Origin: Rhynchopus sp. YZ270_cl-10
Taxonomy: Eukaryota
Direction of reading: 5' to 3'
Length of the DNA: 64,000 bases
Assembly (NCBI GenBank): GCA_964035575.1
Contig: OZ037833.1
Span: forward strand, 1,302,001 to 1,366,000
The notes under the pieces were generated by a model. That model made no database searches and had not been told where the DNA came from. It was given only the letters and a program-made list of their open reading frames with translations. How positions within the stretch are numbered: the first letter of the stretch is position 1; each line of letters begins with the position of its first letter. The position numbers and the translations under genes were made by a program. This document shows positions 42,433 to 55,177 of this stretch, piece by piece.

Positions 42433-44656
42433 ATGTTTGATGAGGGTGATCTGTTGACACCTACGTCGACGCCACGCACTCCTGTGCAGGCGGAAGGGTA
42501 CTCCACACCACCTGATGCGGGCACTGCCATGCATGCGGCCTTCTCGCTGACTCCGATGAAGCAGTGCCACTCGACACGCAAGCGCCGCAACAGCGGTGGC
42601 GAGTCGCCCAGCAAACGCGGGCCTGGTACACCCACAGTGTCCTCACCACCCCACGCTGGGATGGGCAACTGGCAGCTGCCGCCTGCACCACAGGCACGCA
42701 CACACCGTACTGCAGTGCCACTCAGGTCGTCGTCGCCGGTTCCCTTTGGTGGGTCGTGCTCGACAGCATCGTTGTGTGTGTCGCGCAACGACTCTGACGC
42801 CATGGCGCAGCAGTGGGGTGGGAGCTTCACAAACTGCACCCCTGAAGAGCCGCTGGAGACGCAGGACAGCTTCACCATTGCAGGCCTGAACCGCATAAAG
42901 CCGAGAACGCTTGACCCATCGATCGCAACAGTCTACGACGTGCACTCAGAGGACTCCGACGGCAGCGACACTGAGACCGAGTCAAGCTCGGAGGAGGACC
43001 CAGACTGCAGCCGCTTTGCGGAAGACCTTGTGGAGTTGTGCGAGCTGGGCCGCGGCAGCTACGGTGTTGTGTACAAGGTGCGGCACGTCCTGGACCAGCA
43101 GATCTACGCAGTGAAGAAGGGACACCGCCCTGTCGCAGGCGTTGTGCGCAAGGAGAACTGCCTGCAGGAGGTGTACTCTCTGGCAGCCCTGCCTCGCTGC
43201 CTGCACATCATTAAGTACCACGACTGCTGGTTTGAGCAGCGCTGTCTGCACATCCGCTTTGAATACTGCGAAGGCGGCACCATCGCGTCCGTCCCACCCA
43301 CAGCCTGGACATACGACAAGCTGCTCACCCTCTTCTTCCAGATGTCCACCGGGTTGAAGTGTCTCCACCAAGAGAACATCGTGCACCTCGACGTCAAACC
43401 TGAGAACGTCTTCATCACAGAAGCCAGCGGCGAGACTGTCTACAAGCTTGGCGACTTCGGCCTTGTACGCAAGATACAACGTCAGACGGGCACCAACGAA
43501 CAGTGGCTGGGCGAGAACCACGAAGAGGGCGACTCACGGTACCTCTGCCAAGCGTTCCTGCGTGGGGTATGTTTGCACACCCACCTCTGCGCACCTTTCA
43601 AAGGTTGGCGTAGAGTCTTCATCTGTTTTTATCACACAAAATCACTCAATTTTGTTAATGTGGCCCTTTTGTCGCCACTCTTGTCAGCTATATCGCATTG
43701 GGCAATATTTTCCCTTCCACAAAACACCAATTTGAAACACCACCCCCCCCACCACAGACCGGCACCGCCACCGGTGCAGACGTCTTCTCCTTGGGCGCTA
43801 CCATCTACGAGGTTGCACGTGGCGTGCCCCTCCCCACACAGGGCGATGAGTGGGAAAATGTGCGTAACTTCCCTGCCGCAGACCTTGAGGGCAGATATCC
43901 CGAGGAGTTCTGTCAGGTCTGCCTACCCTCTCCACCCCCCTTATCTTTTGCCGTACATTCAGTGTCACTAAAGTTTTGCGTTCTTTCCCCACAGCCTTCA
44001 CCCTGTAGGGTTACCCAGAGTGAGGTAAGGTGAGGTATAGTATTGAAATCGATGTAGGTAAAGGGTCGGTACTACAATTTTGAGAATGGTGTGGACTGAG
44101 TGTGGGGAGGCATTCAATAATTAAACACTTCCCCCCAAACCCCCTTTTCGTAGTTTTCTTTATCCAAACGTCGAATGGATGCGTAATAATTTTTAACACC
44201 CCCTTTTTTTAACAGCTGATCAAATCCTGCATGCACAAAGACCCTTATATGCGTCCTACGGTGTCCGATATTTGTGAGAACAGTGTGTTTGAAGGGATGA
44301 AGGAAGGGAGCAGCAAAGGGAAGCGCATTGCGAAGCAGGAGGGCCGTGTGCAGGAGTGGCGGGAGCGTATTGCACGCCACAAGCGTGTTGTCGCTGAAGG
44401 ACACAGTGCGAATGACTCGCCTCCGCACAAGGAGCATAGACCACAGGACATCCACACCGACGTGCCCAGGGCCGACACAACACCACCAGAGCGCTCGAGC
44501 ACAGAGAATTCTTCGCAAGGTCTCTCCTCCGCGTCCACGGAGATGGCCAGCGACGAACGGCTGCACGTCATGCGCAGCCTCCTCAGCGGCGGACGCACAC
44601 TGCTCAGCGGCGGAAGAAACCTGGCCCCAGTCCCGCCACCGTTCCCTATTCATTGA
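42433..44656 (+). CDS. WEE1: Wee1/Myt1-family protein kinase (3 exons)
   Basis: Motifs LGRGSYG, YAVKK, HLDVKPEN, KLGDFG, EEGDSRY and ADVFSLG. Exons 42433-43566, 43758-43916 and 44216-44656 joined by phase-0 GT-AG introns. Confidence 0.88.
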
Positions 44657-46063
44657 AGTGGTTGGGGAGGGGGTGTCGTGGCATGTTTGATCAAATGAAA
44701 GCTGTTTCCTGCGATATTTTGGTGTAGTGTACTGTGGATGTGGATGTGGATGTGTATGCGGGTCTCTCTCATTCTCCATATCTCGGTTTTTTCCTTTGTA
44801 TTGTTTATGTTTGGATGTGGCATGGTCATCTTTCAACCTTTCTTTTTTTCCCCTTTCCAGTTGTCTAGGAGTAGTGCCGAGAGACTCAGGGTAGGGGATC
44901 TTATAAGCCCCCTTTAAATTACAAGGTGACTAAAACGGATCGAGGCTTGGGATTGTCTTTTACAACGTTTTCTCTTTTTTTTTTTTAGATTCGGTTTCAA
45001 TGAAAGAAACAAAAGAAATGATTGGGTTTGTGTGCGTGAAGCGTAGAATTGTTTTTAGGCATACTATGCGTTTCAATGCAGCAACACAACGATGCTCTCG
45101 TTTTTTTCTCTTTTCTTTTTTTTTTTTTTGCGAAAAAAAAAAGCTCTCCCCATCCAACCCTTTTTCTAGACTCCCTCCCTCATAACCCTTTTCTTTGTGA
45201 CGTTTTTTTTTCTTCATTTTCCATCATTTTTTTCATAAAACTCCTTCAAAAAAAAAAGCAGAAGCAATGTTATTTCAATGATGATACAGGTGAGTAGTGA
45301 CACTTCCCCTTTTGCCAGTGGTGTGTGTGTGTGCACGTTTGGGAAGGCAACTTCCTCTTTAGCCCACCGACTCCATTTTCTTGGAGCTTCCAGAATCGTG
45401 CATGCGTTCCCTAAGAGGAATGGTAAAAAAATTTTTTCAAAGAAAAAAGAAGAAAAAAATGTCTCGTCTTTCCTGCTTTTTTAGAAGCACGATTTTCAGT
45501 TCCGTTCGTTTCCTTACTGTTTGTGGTGTGTTTGGTTCCAGACTTATCCCAGGTGATTTAGCCAGGTGTAAGTCAGCTTACCAGCGTTTCATTTTGGAAA
45601 AAAAAAAAAAAAAAGGGAGAAAAAGTGGAGATTTGCACAACTGTGGCAACACAGCCGAGGTAACTACACTACTCCAACAATTTATCAAAAAAAAACAAAC
45701 TCGTCTCTCTGGCGACTTCTATTTGGGCGTGTGGGTATTTGTGTGTCACCTCTTTGAGGCCAAAAAAAAACAATGGAACTTTCTTCACGGCCAGGTGGTC
45801 AGTGGGAGTTTGTGGGACCATTGGTGGGCGATGGGCGACACAGCAAAAAAAAAAAGGGAAAAAGGGAAAAAAGTAAAACACACACAACCGAATCGAAGAA
45901 GACTAAGTAGCGCACCTTCTTGAGTGTGTACGTTGCTTTGATATTTTTTCCCCGGGGGGTGGGGGAATAGCAAAAAAAAAAGGCGTGGAGTTCACACGAA
46001 AAAACTCTCTACACGTCATCAAGTATTCAAAAAATAAAAAAAAAAAAACAGCCAAAAAATAAG

Positions 46064-49051
46064 CACGGGTTGCCTACGATCGTAGTACGATCTCTTACGA
46101 TCGCAGCTCTTTTTTGATCGCACTACGATCGTACTACGATCAAAGTACGATCGTAGTACGATCGTACTTACGATCGTATTATGATCGTACGATCGTACTA
46201 CGATCGTAACGATCGTAGTACGATCGTAATGATCGTAGTACGATCGTAGTACGATCGTACGATCTTCCTTCTAAGGTGCTCGCTCTCCATACCTAGACCC
46301 TCGAATTTTTTTTTTTGCCCCTATATTGGGCTAATTTCGACGATTTGAGGCCATTAAAAGCAAAATTTGGCACTTTTGAGCATCTAGGGGGGTCTAAAAC
46401 GCGGTTCCGCGAACCCAAAATTTCGTGATTTTTACCAAAAACAAGTCGATTTTTGAAAAAATCTCAAAAAAAAAAATCCCAATTTTTTTTTTTTCACAAG
46501 TGTTTTTGAGGCCTGCTCACTACACCCTAGGTACCCTTCTGGGACCAAAAAGTCAAAAAAAGCAAGAATTGGGCTGTTTTGAGCATCTAGAGTTAATTCC
46601 CCAGTCATTTTCTGTACCACCAGTGCATTTTGTATGGGCCAGCGCCTTGTCAAAAAATCAAAAAATCTCAAAAAATAGTGGAGCACACTCTAGGGTGGCT
46701 ACACTAATACAACCAAGTTTTCAAAAAAAAAAAAAAAATTTTTTTTTCGGGAAAATTTCGACCCCTGAGTTGGGTTTTTGGGCACCAAAAAGTGCAAAAA
46801 AACGCAAAAATCGGGTGTTTTGACGATCTGGGGGTAACTATATGCACTACTACAGGGGCCCACAATATCGACTTTTCCTTAGCAAATTCCTTGGAGTATT
46901 GCATGCCTTGAAGTGTTGCATTTTGTCCCCACTGAGTGTGCACTCAGAAAACACTCATCAATAAAACGACCTTTCTGTTCGGTAAAAAATAGTTATTTTC
47001 TATTGTAGTAGTGGGTTTGTCGTGCAGTGATGTTCTTTGTACCTGGAGAGTGGGCCGAGTGCAAGGTATGTTTTTAACCCCCCGGTTTTCTCCCTTTTCG
47101 ACATGTCCGCTATTTTTTTTTTTTTTTGAAAACTTGGTTGTATTAGTGTAGCCACCCTAGAGTGTGCTCCACTATACTAAACATTTTTATGTCACCGCAG
47201 ACGAGCGCGATGATCTCTCTTGTGTGGCAGATGTCACACTGATGTCGCTGATACTACTACCCACCGGGCCATCATCAGATGGGGGTGGCGGGGCGGAGGG
47301 GGGGGCATTGATGACGGATTTCTTCCGTTTTTTGGCAGTTTTGTCGCATGCTCTGGGGGAAGACGAGCGTTTTCTTTTTGAAGAACGTGTTGATGGATTC
47401 TGTTTACGGGAGGGGGGAGAAACAGAACGCTTTAGTTTTAAAATACGGTTGGGCTCAGGGTCACCCTCAGCAGGCGGCACGTCATTCGCGGCAGGCCGAT
47501 CTCCCGCTGCGAGGACGTCGTCGATCATGTCACCCTCCGATGTGCCAGCAGAGGAGGTTGGAGGTGAAGACCACCTAGATGCTCTAGCTGATATGCTAGG
47601 GCCGTAGGCATCGAGTGGTGCAGTTCCCCATGCCGCGTCAGCGAGCCATCGGACGGACCTTGACAGCTGTGACCTGATAACAGCGATGCTATCGACACCT
47701 AGACGGGCACGTTTTTTTTTTTTTTTTGTCAACAAAAATGTCACTTTTACGTGGGGTACGGGGCGGCTTCTTGTTTGTTTGTTTTTTTGTTGTAGTCTCT
47801 ACTTTTACATTCAATTTCTCTTAACAGGTACCCGAACCGACGACCCTTCATCGTGACAGCGAAGCAGTGCCCACGGAAGAGCTGGTGCAATTATTTCAAA
47901 ACCAGGTGGCGATCGTAAAAGTCGGGTTTATATACCAACTTTTCCATTAACCCACCCCAGACCACCCTAATTATTATGAAACTCTTAGTCAGTCACTGCT
48001 ATAGCCATTTAACCCAGGGAGCATAGCTAGTGCAAGAAATTCGACTTCGGGATCCGGAAAGTCTGTCCTCTGCTTGCGGAGGACTAGACACAAGAAAATA
48101 TTGCGTTCCCCCAGAATACTAATTTTTGTCACAGTAATTTTTGCCCAGGGCATGCTCTTGAAGCATGGCGGCTTGGTGTGAGAAGGGGCAGTGTGTTGTT
48201 TTGTTCTAGATTTCAACGGTTGTTAGAACGAGTCAAGTGGATGCTTATCTAAACACTGACTTTAGTACAGACCCGAGAGATCACACATGACTTTGAGGAA
48301 AGAACAAAGCAATGCATCTGTACCCGCACGCCAGGTTGTAGTTACTTCAGAATTTTCTTGAGTTTGCATGAACGAGGAGGGGGTGATTCATTCTTCGGGA
48401 ACGCTTAGTATACCATGGAATGATCATCTCAAAAAAACAGTGGGGGCTGAATTCATATCCCTTAGAATTGCGAATTCAGCCTTTGCAGAAGGTACGTCTT
48501 ACTTGTACTTGTACTTGTATGCCGTGTCACCCTTCTCCACCTTACCGGTTCACAGCTCGCAAGAGCAATGTAACCCTTCTCGCTATTGCAAACTTAAGAA
48601 TTTTCTGCTGGAACTTACCAAAATCGATTTTCTTTCACCCCAAACACCCGCAACACCCCACCTGCTACTTCGGTAGCCTGTGTTGTTGGGAGTTGGTTCT
48701 CATGTTGATCCCCAGTGACTGTCTAGCACTGCTTCTTCTGAGCCCAACGTTGTTTGGCCTGTCGACGTAATAAATACGAAGACAGGGCGGCGGTGCCAAC
48801 AATTTTCCAATGATGTAACGTTTTATCTGATTGATTATCGTTTGATATACCTTGTGTGTGCTTCATGCACACCATGCAAGGAATATCGAACGGTATTTCA
48901 AGCGATATTCGTTATTTCGTTTGGCAAACGTACTACGATCGTACTACGATCGTAATGATCGTAGTTGATCGTAGTACGATATTTTACGATCGTTACGATC
49001 GTTTTTTGGTACGATCGTAAACGATCGTACTACGATCGTAGGCAACCCGTG
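46064..49051. mobile_element. 3-kb element with TIR CACGGGTTGCCTACGATCGTAGTACGATC and TACGATCGTA arrays
   Basis: Perfect 6-bp TSD AATAAG; subterminal palindromic arrays at 46075-46263 and 48933-49040; no recognisable transposase. Confidence 0.88.
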
Positions 49052-49964
49052 AATAAGGGTTCTTAATTGCGCCATTCGTCATTCGCCTATTCGCCTTGTT
49101 AAGGTGTCCAACGTAACTATGCCTTTCTTCATAAAACGTCACATTTTTGTTTTTGTTTCTGTTCAGTTCCGTTTCCCTCTTCTCCCACCCACCCCTTCAC
49201 AGCCTTGCATATTTTATAGCTTGTCGTACAAAAAAGCCCCTCAAATATTCACTGTTTTTTGGGGGTTTTTTGTTTCGGATGTTTTCTTTGTTTAAGGCCC
49301 TCCCACCCACCCCCTAGATTGTTGCTGTTATGTGATACCGTTCGCTTTAACGATTTTTTTAAAAGATTCGTGTGTGTACTTTGAAAGCAGGGTGTGGGTG
49401 TTCCCAAGAGTGGAACATTTTGTGCCCAAAATGTGTGCTTGTTTTTTGATAAAACAACTGGTTGTCAATTCTAAAAAGATTGGAGGCAGCGCTGCGGGCA
49501 AAAAACGGATTGAAAACGACAGAAGCTTGCTTGTTTCTTTGAGTACCTCAATTAACCACAATAAACATACTTCAGTTTAGCACATTTTTTTTTTCCTCTA
49601 CCTTTTTGTTTTCCGGCTTTGAGCGCACAAACAAAAGACCCGATCTTTTTTTCTTTGTAAATCAGTTGTGGGTCAACCTGCGTGGTATTGCAACATTCCA
49701 AAAGGGTGGGTGTCCATGCCTCTCAGCCATTCTATGAGGTGAAGCACAGGAGGACGGAGGTTCAAAAGCTTAATAAGCTTTTCTTTCTTTTAACTGGGTT
49801 TGGTTACCTTCGTCTGCCAAGGCGTTTTTGCACCCACCTGTTTGCAGTGACCAAGGTGGCGAATCACCACGTTGCTTTGTCTCATCCTATGAACCTTGCT
49901 TTCTTTCCGTAGTGCCTACGTCTGTAGTGGCATAAAGGCCTTCCCACCAAAGAGAAAAAAGGGC

Positions 49965-50070
49965 AACCAACGATTTCTAAAGCTACAGTTTCTGTACTTC
50001 ATTGGTATGGAAGCATGAAGATTACTTCTTCACACACAACTTTGTCAAACCTGCCTCCTTAAGACCTCTC
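49965..50070 (+). ncRNA. Spliced-leader RNA gene or pseudogene (exon 49965-50004; 3' end not defined)
   Basis: AACCAACGATTTCTAAAGCTACAGTTTCTGTACTTCATTG followed immediately by the donor GTATG, as in euglenozoan SL RNAs; no clear T-tract terminator seen. Confidence 0.7.
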
Positions 50071-50851
50071 CTTGCTGCTTCCCTTTCTCTCTCATCAGCG
50101 TATCACCACTTTGCAGTCAAGAGGCTCTTGAGTTTTCTTGCATACATAGCTGCCTTTCCCCGATTTGTGGGTGGGGCCTTTTCTTTCCAGCTCGTTGGTT
50201 TGTGTGCATCTGGTGTGTATGTGGCCGTTGTAACAAACCCCCCTTTTTTTTGTTGAGAGGAAGCGGGTAGAGAGACTTTCAGATATAAACCTCGAAATGG
50301 ATGTGTTTGGTTTTTCGAGGTCCACCCATTGGTCACGCACCAAAAAAAAAGGTACATTTTCAAGTCAATTTGACAAATGTTTCTTTTTTTATTCGCAAAC
50401 AAAACCAATAAAAGGAAACACATCTTTACCCGGTAAAGTGATGGTCGGTGCAAATGACTAAAAGGAAGGTACGGTCCTGGTTTGCTGTGGAGGTATTTGT
50501 ACTGCCTTCACCAACTTCGTTTATTGTATTTTTCCCCCCCTGAAATACAGACCCCGCGTCGACTGTACAGGTTCGAAAATTCTCATCATTGCCATCATCA
50601 ATGAACAAAAAAACAAAACAACACTTTTTCCTGATTCAAAAAAAAAAAAGAAAAAGAAAACATGTACCAGCCAAAAATATGTCGTGAACAAAAGATACAA
50701 CAAATTCTTTTCTTTCCCTACCCTCCGCCCTGCTCTCCCACACCTTCCCCCCCTTCACATCAACCATTAAACAGGCCTCCCCTCCCCACTACACGACTTG
50801 CTCTTCTTTATTCTTCTTTTGTCCCCCAAAAAAAACCAAAATAAAATAAAG

Positions 50852-51001
50852 TGGTGTGGCTGAAAGGGGGTGCTATTTTGTGCTATTTTTGTGCTATTTT
50901 CTGCTATTCTGGGCATCTGGATTTTTGGTGCGGCTGAAGGGAGGTGCTATTTTGTGCTACTTTCTGCTATTTTCTGCTATTTTGGGTCGTCGGCCACACC
51001 A
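50852..51001. mobile_element. 150-bp TG...CA element with 5-bp TSD TAAAG
   Basis: Termini TGGTGTGGC / GCCACACCA; same GCTATTTT repeats as 4307-5544. Confidence 0.78.
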
Positions 51002-51269
51002 TAAAGGATTCCGACATATCCTTCGCAGAGCTTACTCCATTACTCTATTTGCTCTCTAACCCACGAATCCACGAAACCTGCATCACACGCGAATGACCTG
51101 CTTTAGGTAATAACAAAATAACTATAATATAATCAGCGGTAACAACAAGCACACAGATCGTAGGTTGTCGCTGCCCGTTTGCAGAGTAAAGCCTTTCTTC
51201 TCTCTCCCCCTTCTGCTGGGCCTGTCTCCCCTCCTTGACGAGGGTCTCCTTTAAACCCGTTAAGGCAGG

Positions 51270-51668
51270 ATGCTGTACGCAGAGTATTCATCGGGTATTA
51301 CAGATTGTTGTGGTGATTTTTCGATTTTTTGTTTGACCTGCTTTTGCTGTCCTGTGCAGAACGCGTTGACGAAGGCGCGTCTGGACGACCGTGCCTGCAC
51401 CTGCTGCGACTGTCTGCACACTGTGGTGCCGTTCCCGCTCATCTGCCCTTTCCCGCTTTGTGTTGCGTACGCAAACCGGCAGCAGTTGCGTGCGAAGTAC
51501 GGCTTCATCCATACACCCTGTACAGACGCCATTGCCACATTCCTCTGCCATCCCTGCCTGATCATGCAGGATGCACGTGAAATCAAAGTACGCGAGTTGC
51601 ACGCAAACCGCAAACACCCAAAAGCGCATGACTCAGACAACTCCGACAGCGACTCCTACATGCGGTAG
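51270..51668 (+). CDS. PLAC8-family Cys-rich protein
   Basis: YSSGITDCCGD..FCLTCFCCP, RQQLRAKYG and CTD....FLCHPCLIMQDARE. Confidence 0.88.
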   Translation: MLYAEYSSGITDCCGDFSIFCLTCFCCPVQNALTKARLDDRACTCCDCLHTVVPFPLICPFPLCVAYANRQQLRAKYGFIHTPCTDAIATFLCHPCLIMQDAREIKVRELHANRKHPKAHDSDNSDSDSYMR

Positions 51669-52285
51669 AAGAAGAAGGGAATAAGGGCGAATTCCTGATA
51701 AAAAAAAGGCCAATCCATGATTGAGTAGTCAAGACCCTCTTTACCCACGAAGGCGTCGTTAGGTGATTGCCAACAGCAAAGGTGTCCAGACTCTCCTAAC
51801 CTCCCCTGCCATGAGCAACGAGGTGTGTGATGTCCAGGACCACAGCACGCTCTTAGGTGGCATAGAGAGCACCTCTTTGGCCGATGGTTCGCTACAGCAA
51901 ACTACAGTACAGCAAAACGTAGATGCGTGGGTGAGTGGAAAAAAACCCTAATTCGACAAAAGGTGGGTTTTTTTTTGGTCGGGTGTTTGCTCCCATGCTG
52001 TATTGTGCTGCATCCCTTTGTACTGCAGATAGAGAAGCATGTTATGCTGTTCATGGGTAAGCGCTGGTGTTAAATGCAAGACCCCTTCGTGGGGGGGCGG
52101 GGTGGGGTGACCTTTTTTTTTTCCCATTGTCCCTGTGTTTCCACACAAAACAGCGGAGCTTTTTATTGAGGCATATGACTGAATTCGTGCTGACACCTTT
52201 TGCATACATGCTTGAGTTTCTACACTACGAACACCCTACCACCCACCAGACACAACACCCCGCCCCACCCCACCCCTCTACTAAA

Positions 52286-54184
52286 ATGGCGGTGCCCGGG
52301 TGGCAGGTGGACACTGCTACAGATCGGATGGGCGGTTCTCATGAGGAAGAGAGTTGGGGCTTTGTGATGAAGGAGGCGGACCGTGCAGACCGTGTGGCAC
52401 GTGAGGCAGCGATGCGTGAGTGGGAAGCGGAGCAGGCGCGCAAGAGGGAGGCGTTGTGGGCTGACGAGCAGGCACGGCTAGAGGAGGAGCACCGACAGCG
52501 GCTCGCAGAACAGGAGGCAGAACGGCAGCGATTCGAGGATGAGGTGCGCAGGAAGGAGGAGGAGGTGCTGAAGGGGCAGGAGCTGCGCCAGGACCTCTAC
52601 GAAATAGAACGCAAGAAGCGTGAAGACGAGGTCAAGCAGATGATCGCCGACGACCGTGCCAGCAAACAGGTAAACGGCGACCACAGGCTTGCCCAGTGGT
52701 ATGCGCACCGCGACTCCCGCATGCGTACCGAACAGCAGAAGACACAGCAACCCCTCGCAAGCCTTGCGGATGACAGAGAGGCGCTAGGGTTTCGCTCGCC
52801 TACAGAGCTGTACGGGGCAGAGCCCTTTGCGCACGGCACACCCGCTCCGAGGCATGACGTGCGCACTGCGATGCAGCAGCAGGAGGAGGGGCTCATCCCA
52901 GCTCACCTCTGGAGCGCAGATGAGTTGGTTGGCAGGCCAGGTGTGGTGCAGCCGGATGCAGTCATGCGCGAGCCTGCACTGCCGCCACGTAGCGTTGTGG
53001 CTGCAACACTGCCTGCAGGGGCAGCAGAGGCGGCGGGGTACCCGACACGTGACGCAGCGAAGTGGGGTGCCCGCATGCACCTGAAGTACGCAGACCCAGC
53101 AGTGCCCGCAGCAACGCCCACAACAGAGGAGCCGCCCACACCAGCAGACCGCACGGTGCAACGCTTTGGCGACTGGGAACAGCAGATGAAGGAGCGCCTC
53201 GGGAAGAGGAGGGAGCGGCAGCCACGCACGACAGACCAGCTTCTGCGGCAGCACTACAACAGGGTGCTTGCACCCGAGAGGCACGGTGCAGGCAACGCAC
53301 ACTTGCCGACAGCGGAGGACAGAGCCACGGCCAAGACGCTCACCCACTTCCACGACAACGTCTGGGAGCGGCGCACCGGGGCCAGCGCGTTGGAACGTCT
53401 GCTTCGTTCTCGCCAGGTGCCCCCATCTGCGCTGCCCCAGGACAGCGCACTGCACACCTTCTCGCAGCACGCCGACACACACCCGGCATTGGAGGGGGCC
53501 GCCGGGCGCACACCACAAGCATTGGTTGTCAGCACCGCTGCGTTCCCCGACCTGAACGGGACGTACACCCTTCAGCCACACACTGTGTTCTCGACGTGGG
53601 AGAAGGGGGCACATCGGATTTGTGTGAGCCATGGGGCGTGGGTCATTGGGCATGCCACGGAGGACCACTTGAGTGAAGGGGGTGCACCGGTGCGTTCGAG
53701 CAGTGACGACCAGTGTGCGATGCCGCATGAGGTGGAGCGGTGGGAGTGGCGTGCCACGTCGACAACACCTTACGCGCCTGCAGACGCGGAGCATGCGATC
53801 ACGGTCACATTACCTGAAGAAGGTGAGGGTGATGGTGCAGAAGGCGAAGTCGACCCCACTGCAGCACCCCCAGACACAACACCAGCAGAGACCACTGCAG
53901 ACCCCACCGCTGCGTCGCCTGAAGCACAACCCGACGCTGTGGTCAGCCCAGAGCCAGGCACAGAAGGTGCTGCTCCACAGCCAGAAAGTGCAGCCAGTCC
54001 CCAACAGCCCCCCATAGTGACCAGGACAGACGCAGCGCTTGCCTCCGGTGAGTGGCGGGCAAAGCTGGACCCAAAGACACAGCGCACCTACTACATCAAC
54101 AAGGTCACGAAAAAAACCTGCTGGAACCTCGAGAAGGAGCTGGAGAAGCAGGGGGTGCCCCTCCCCGTACTCCCGACAGCGTAG
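52286..54184 (+). CDS. Coiled-coil protein with C-terminal WW domain
   Basis: E/R-rich helix at the N-terminus; GEWRAKLDPKTQRTYYINKVTKKTCW at the C-terminus; start chosen at the ATG where coding-like composition begins. Confidence 0.8.
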   Translation: MAVPGWQVDTATDRMGGSHEEESWGFVMKEADRADRVAREAAMREWEAEQARKREALWADEQARLEEEHRQRLAEQEAERQRFEDEVRRKEEEVLKGQELRQDLYEIERKKREDEVKQMIADDRASKQVNGDHRLAQWYAHRDSRMRTEQQKTQQPLASLADDREALGFRSPTELYGAEPFAHGTPAPRHDVRTAMQQQEEGLIPAHLWSADELVGRPGVVQPDAVMREPALPPRSVVAATLPAGAAEAAGYPTRDAAKWGARMHLKYADPAVPAATPTTEEPPTPADRTVQRFGDWEQQMKERLGKRRERQPRTTDQLLRQHYNRVLAPERHGAGNAHLPTAEDRATAKTLTHFHDNVWERRTGASALERLLRSRQVPPSALPQDSALHTFSQHADTHPALEGAAGRTPQALVVSTAAFPDLNGTYTLQPHTVFSTWEKGAHRICVSHGAWVIGHATEDHLSEGGAPVRSSSDDQCAMPHEVERWEWRATSTTPYAPADAEHAITVTLPEEGEGDGAEGEVDPTAAPPDTTPAETTADPTAASPEAQPDAVVSPEPGTEGAAPQPESAASPQQPPIVTRTDAALASGEWRAKLDPKTQRTYYINKVTKKTCWNLEKELEKQGVPLPVLPTA

Positions 54185-55177
54185 GGGCACGCAACCTACG
54201 CAACCCACACCCCACAACACACCCTACCCCATTATAGACCTGACCCAGTGTAGAAAAGAACAGAACCCACCCTTCTGCTTTTTTTGCTATGTTCTGCTGT
54301 GTTCTCATTCCCTCCATGAGGCTGAGTTGTGGTTCCTCATCTAGGAACTCCTTCAGCTCCTTGTTGCAGAGTGGAACTGGGGGCGGTGGGATTGGCTTTG
54401 TTCGTGTGTTCGTTGTCTTTCCAGCTCCGCTTGGCAAGTCTACTGATGATCCTGGAAGCAGCCATTTTTTTGGGATAAGGGGAAGTGGCCTCAGAACAGA
54501 TTTCCGGGAGCCTCTCTCCGTTGCCCCCATCATCTTTGGTGGGCACACCACCATTCGTCATCTTTGATGTAATTAAACATCCCCAGAGTGAACTCGTCAA
54601 GTTCAACGATTTTTCTGGGCCCACCAAGCCTTGAAGTTCTGTCATCAGCAGGTCCCTTCTGGAGAGTATAAGGCCCTGTTCTTCATTTTTTTTTTTTTTG
54701 CGTTCTTCTGAATCATAGTCTCCTTTGCGCTCATCTCCATCTCACCAAAGGTGAACTTGTGAATGCTGTCGTGCAGGTTGCGCAGCCTCTCTACTTCTTC
54801 TGGATGTTCATCCATGGTTGCAAGCCTCCCCCCATTTCTGCGAACTTTGGTTCTTCCCTGCTTCGTTTTTGTGAGTGTTCTGCCAAGATTGTTCTGCCTC
54901 TCTCTTTCTTTTGCAAACTCCTCACAGTGGCAGTCAACACCTCACCATTTTTCTCTCTTCGGAGAACGAGATACTCTCTGTACATTGCCTGTCCTCCAGG
55001 CATCCGTTGGCCTCTCGGCCCTGAGCAGTGTTACGAATGGCGTCCTTCAGTGCGTTATTTATTTGTTTCGGCGAACGGTGATGTGCTTGCACTTTCAACT
55101 TCTCTTTGTTTTGTTTTGTGTTTTTGTTTTGTCACATCACTGCAGGGTGGAGTGGGCAAAGCTATAGCTTGTTAACA

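Noticed and set aside
46075..46263. CRISPR-like appearance of short palindromic arrays (also 1199-1625 and 27128-27342)
   Set aside because: No regular repeat-spacer period, no cas genes, eukaryotic context; these are transposon subterminal motifs.
47164..47744. 185-aa - strand ORF inside the 6-bp-TSD element
   Set aside because: Low complexity, no credible start or recognisable domain.
54280..55170. ORFs between the WW and ankyrin genes, and at 57998-58324
   Set aside because: No recognisable motifs or consistent coding composition.
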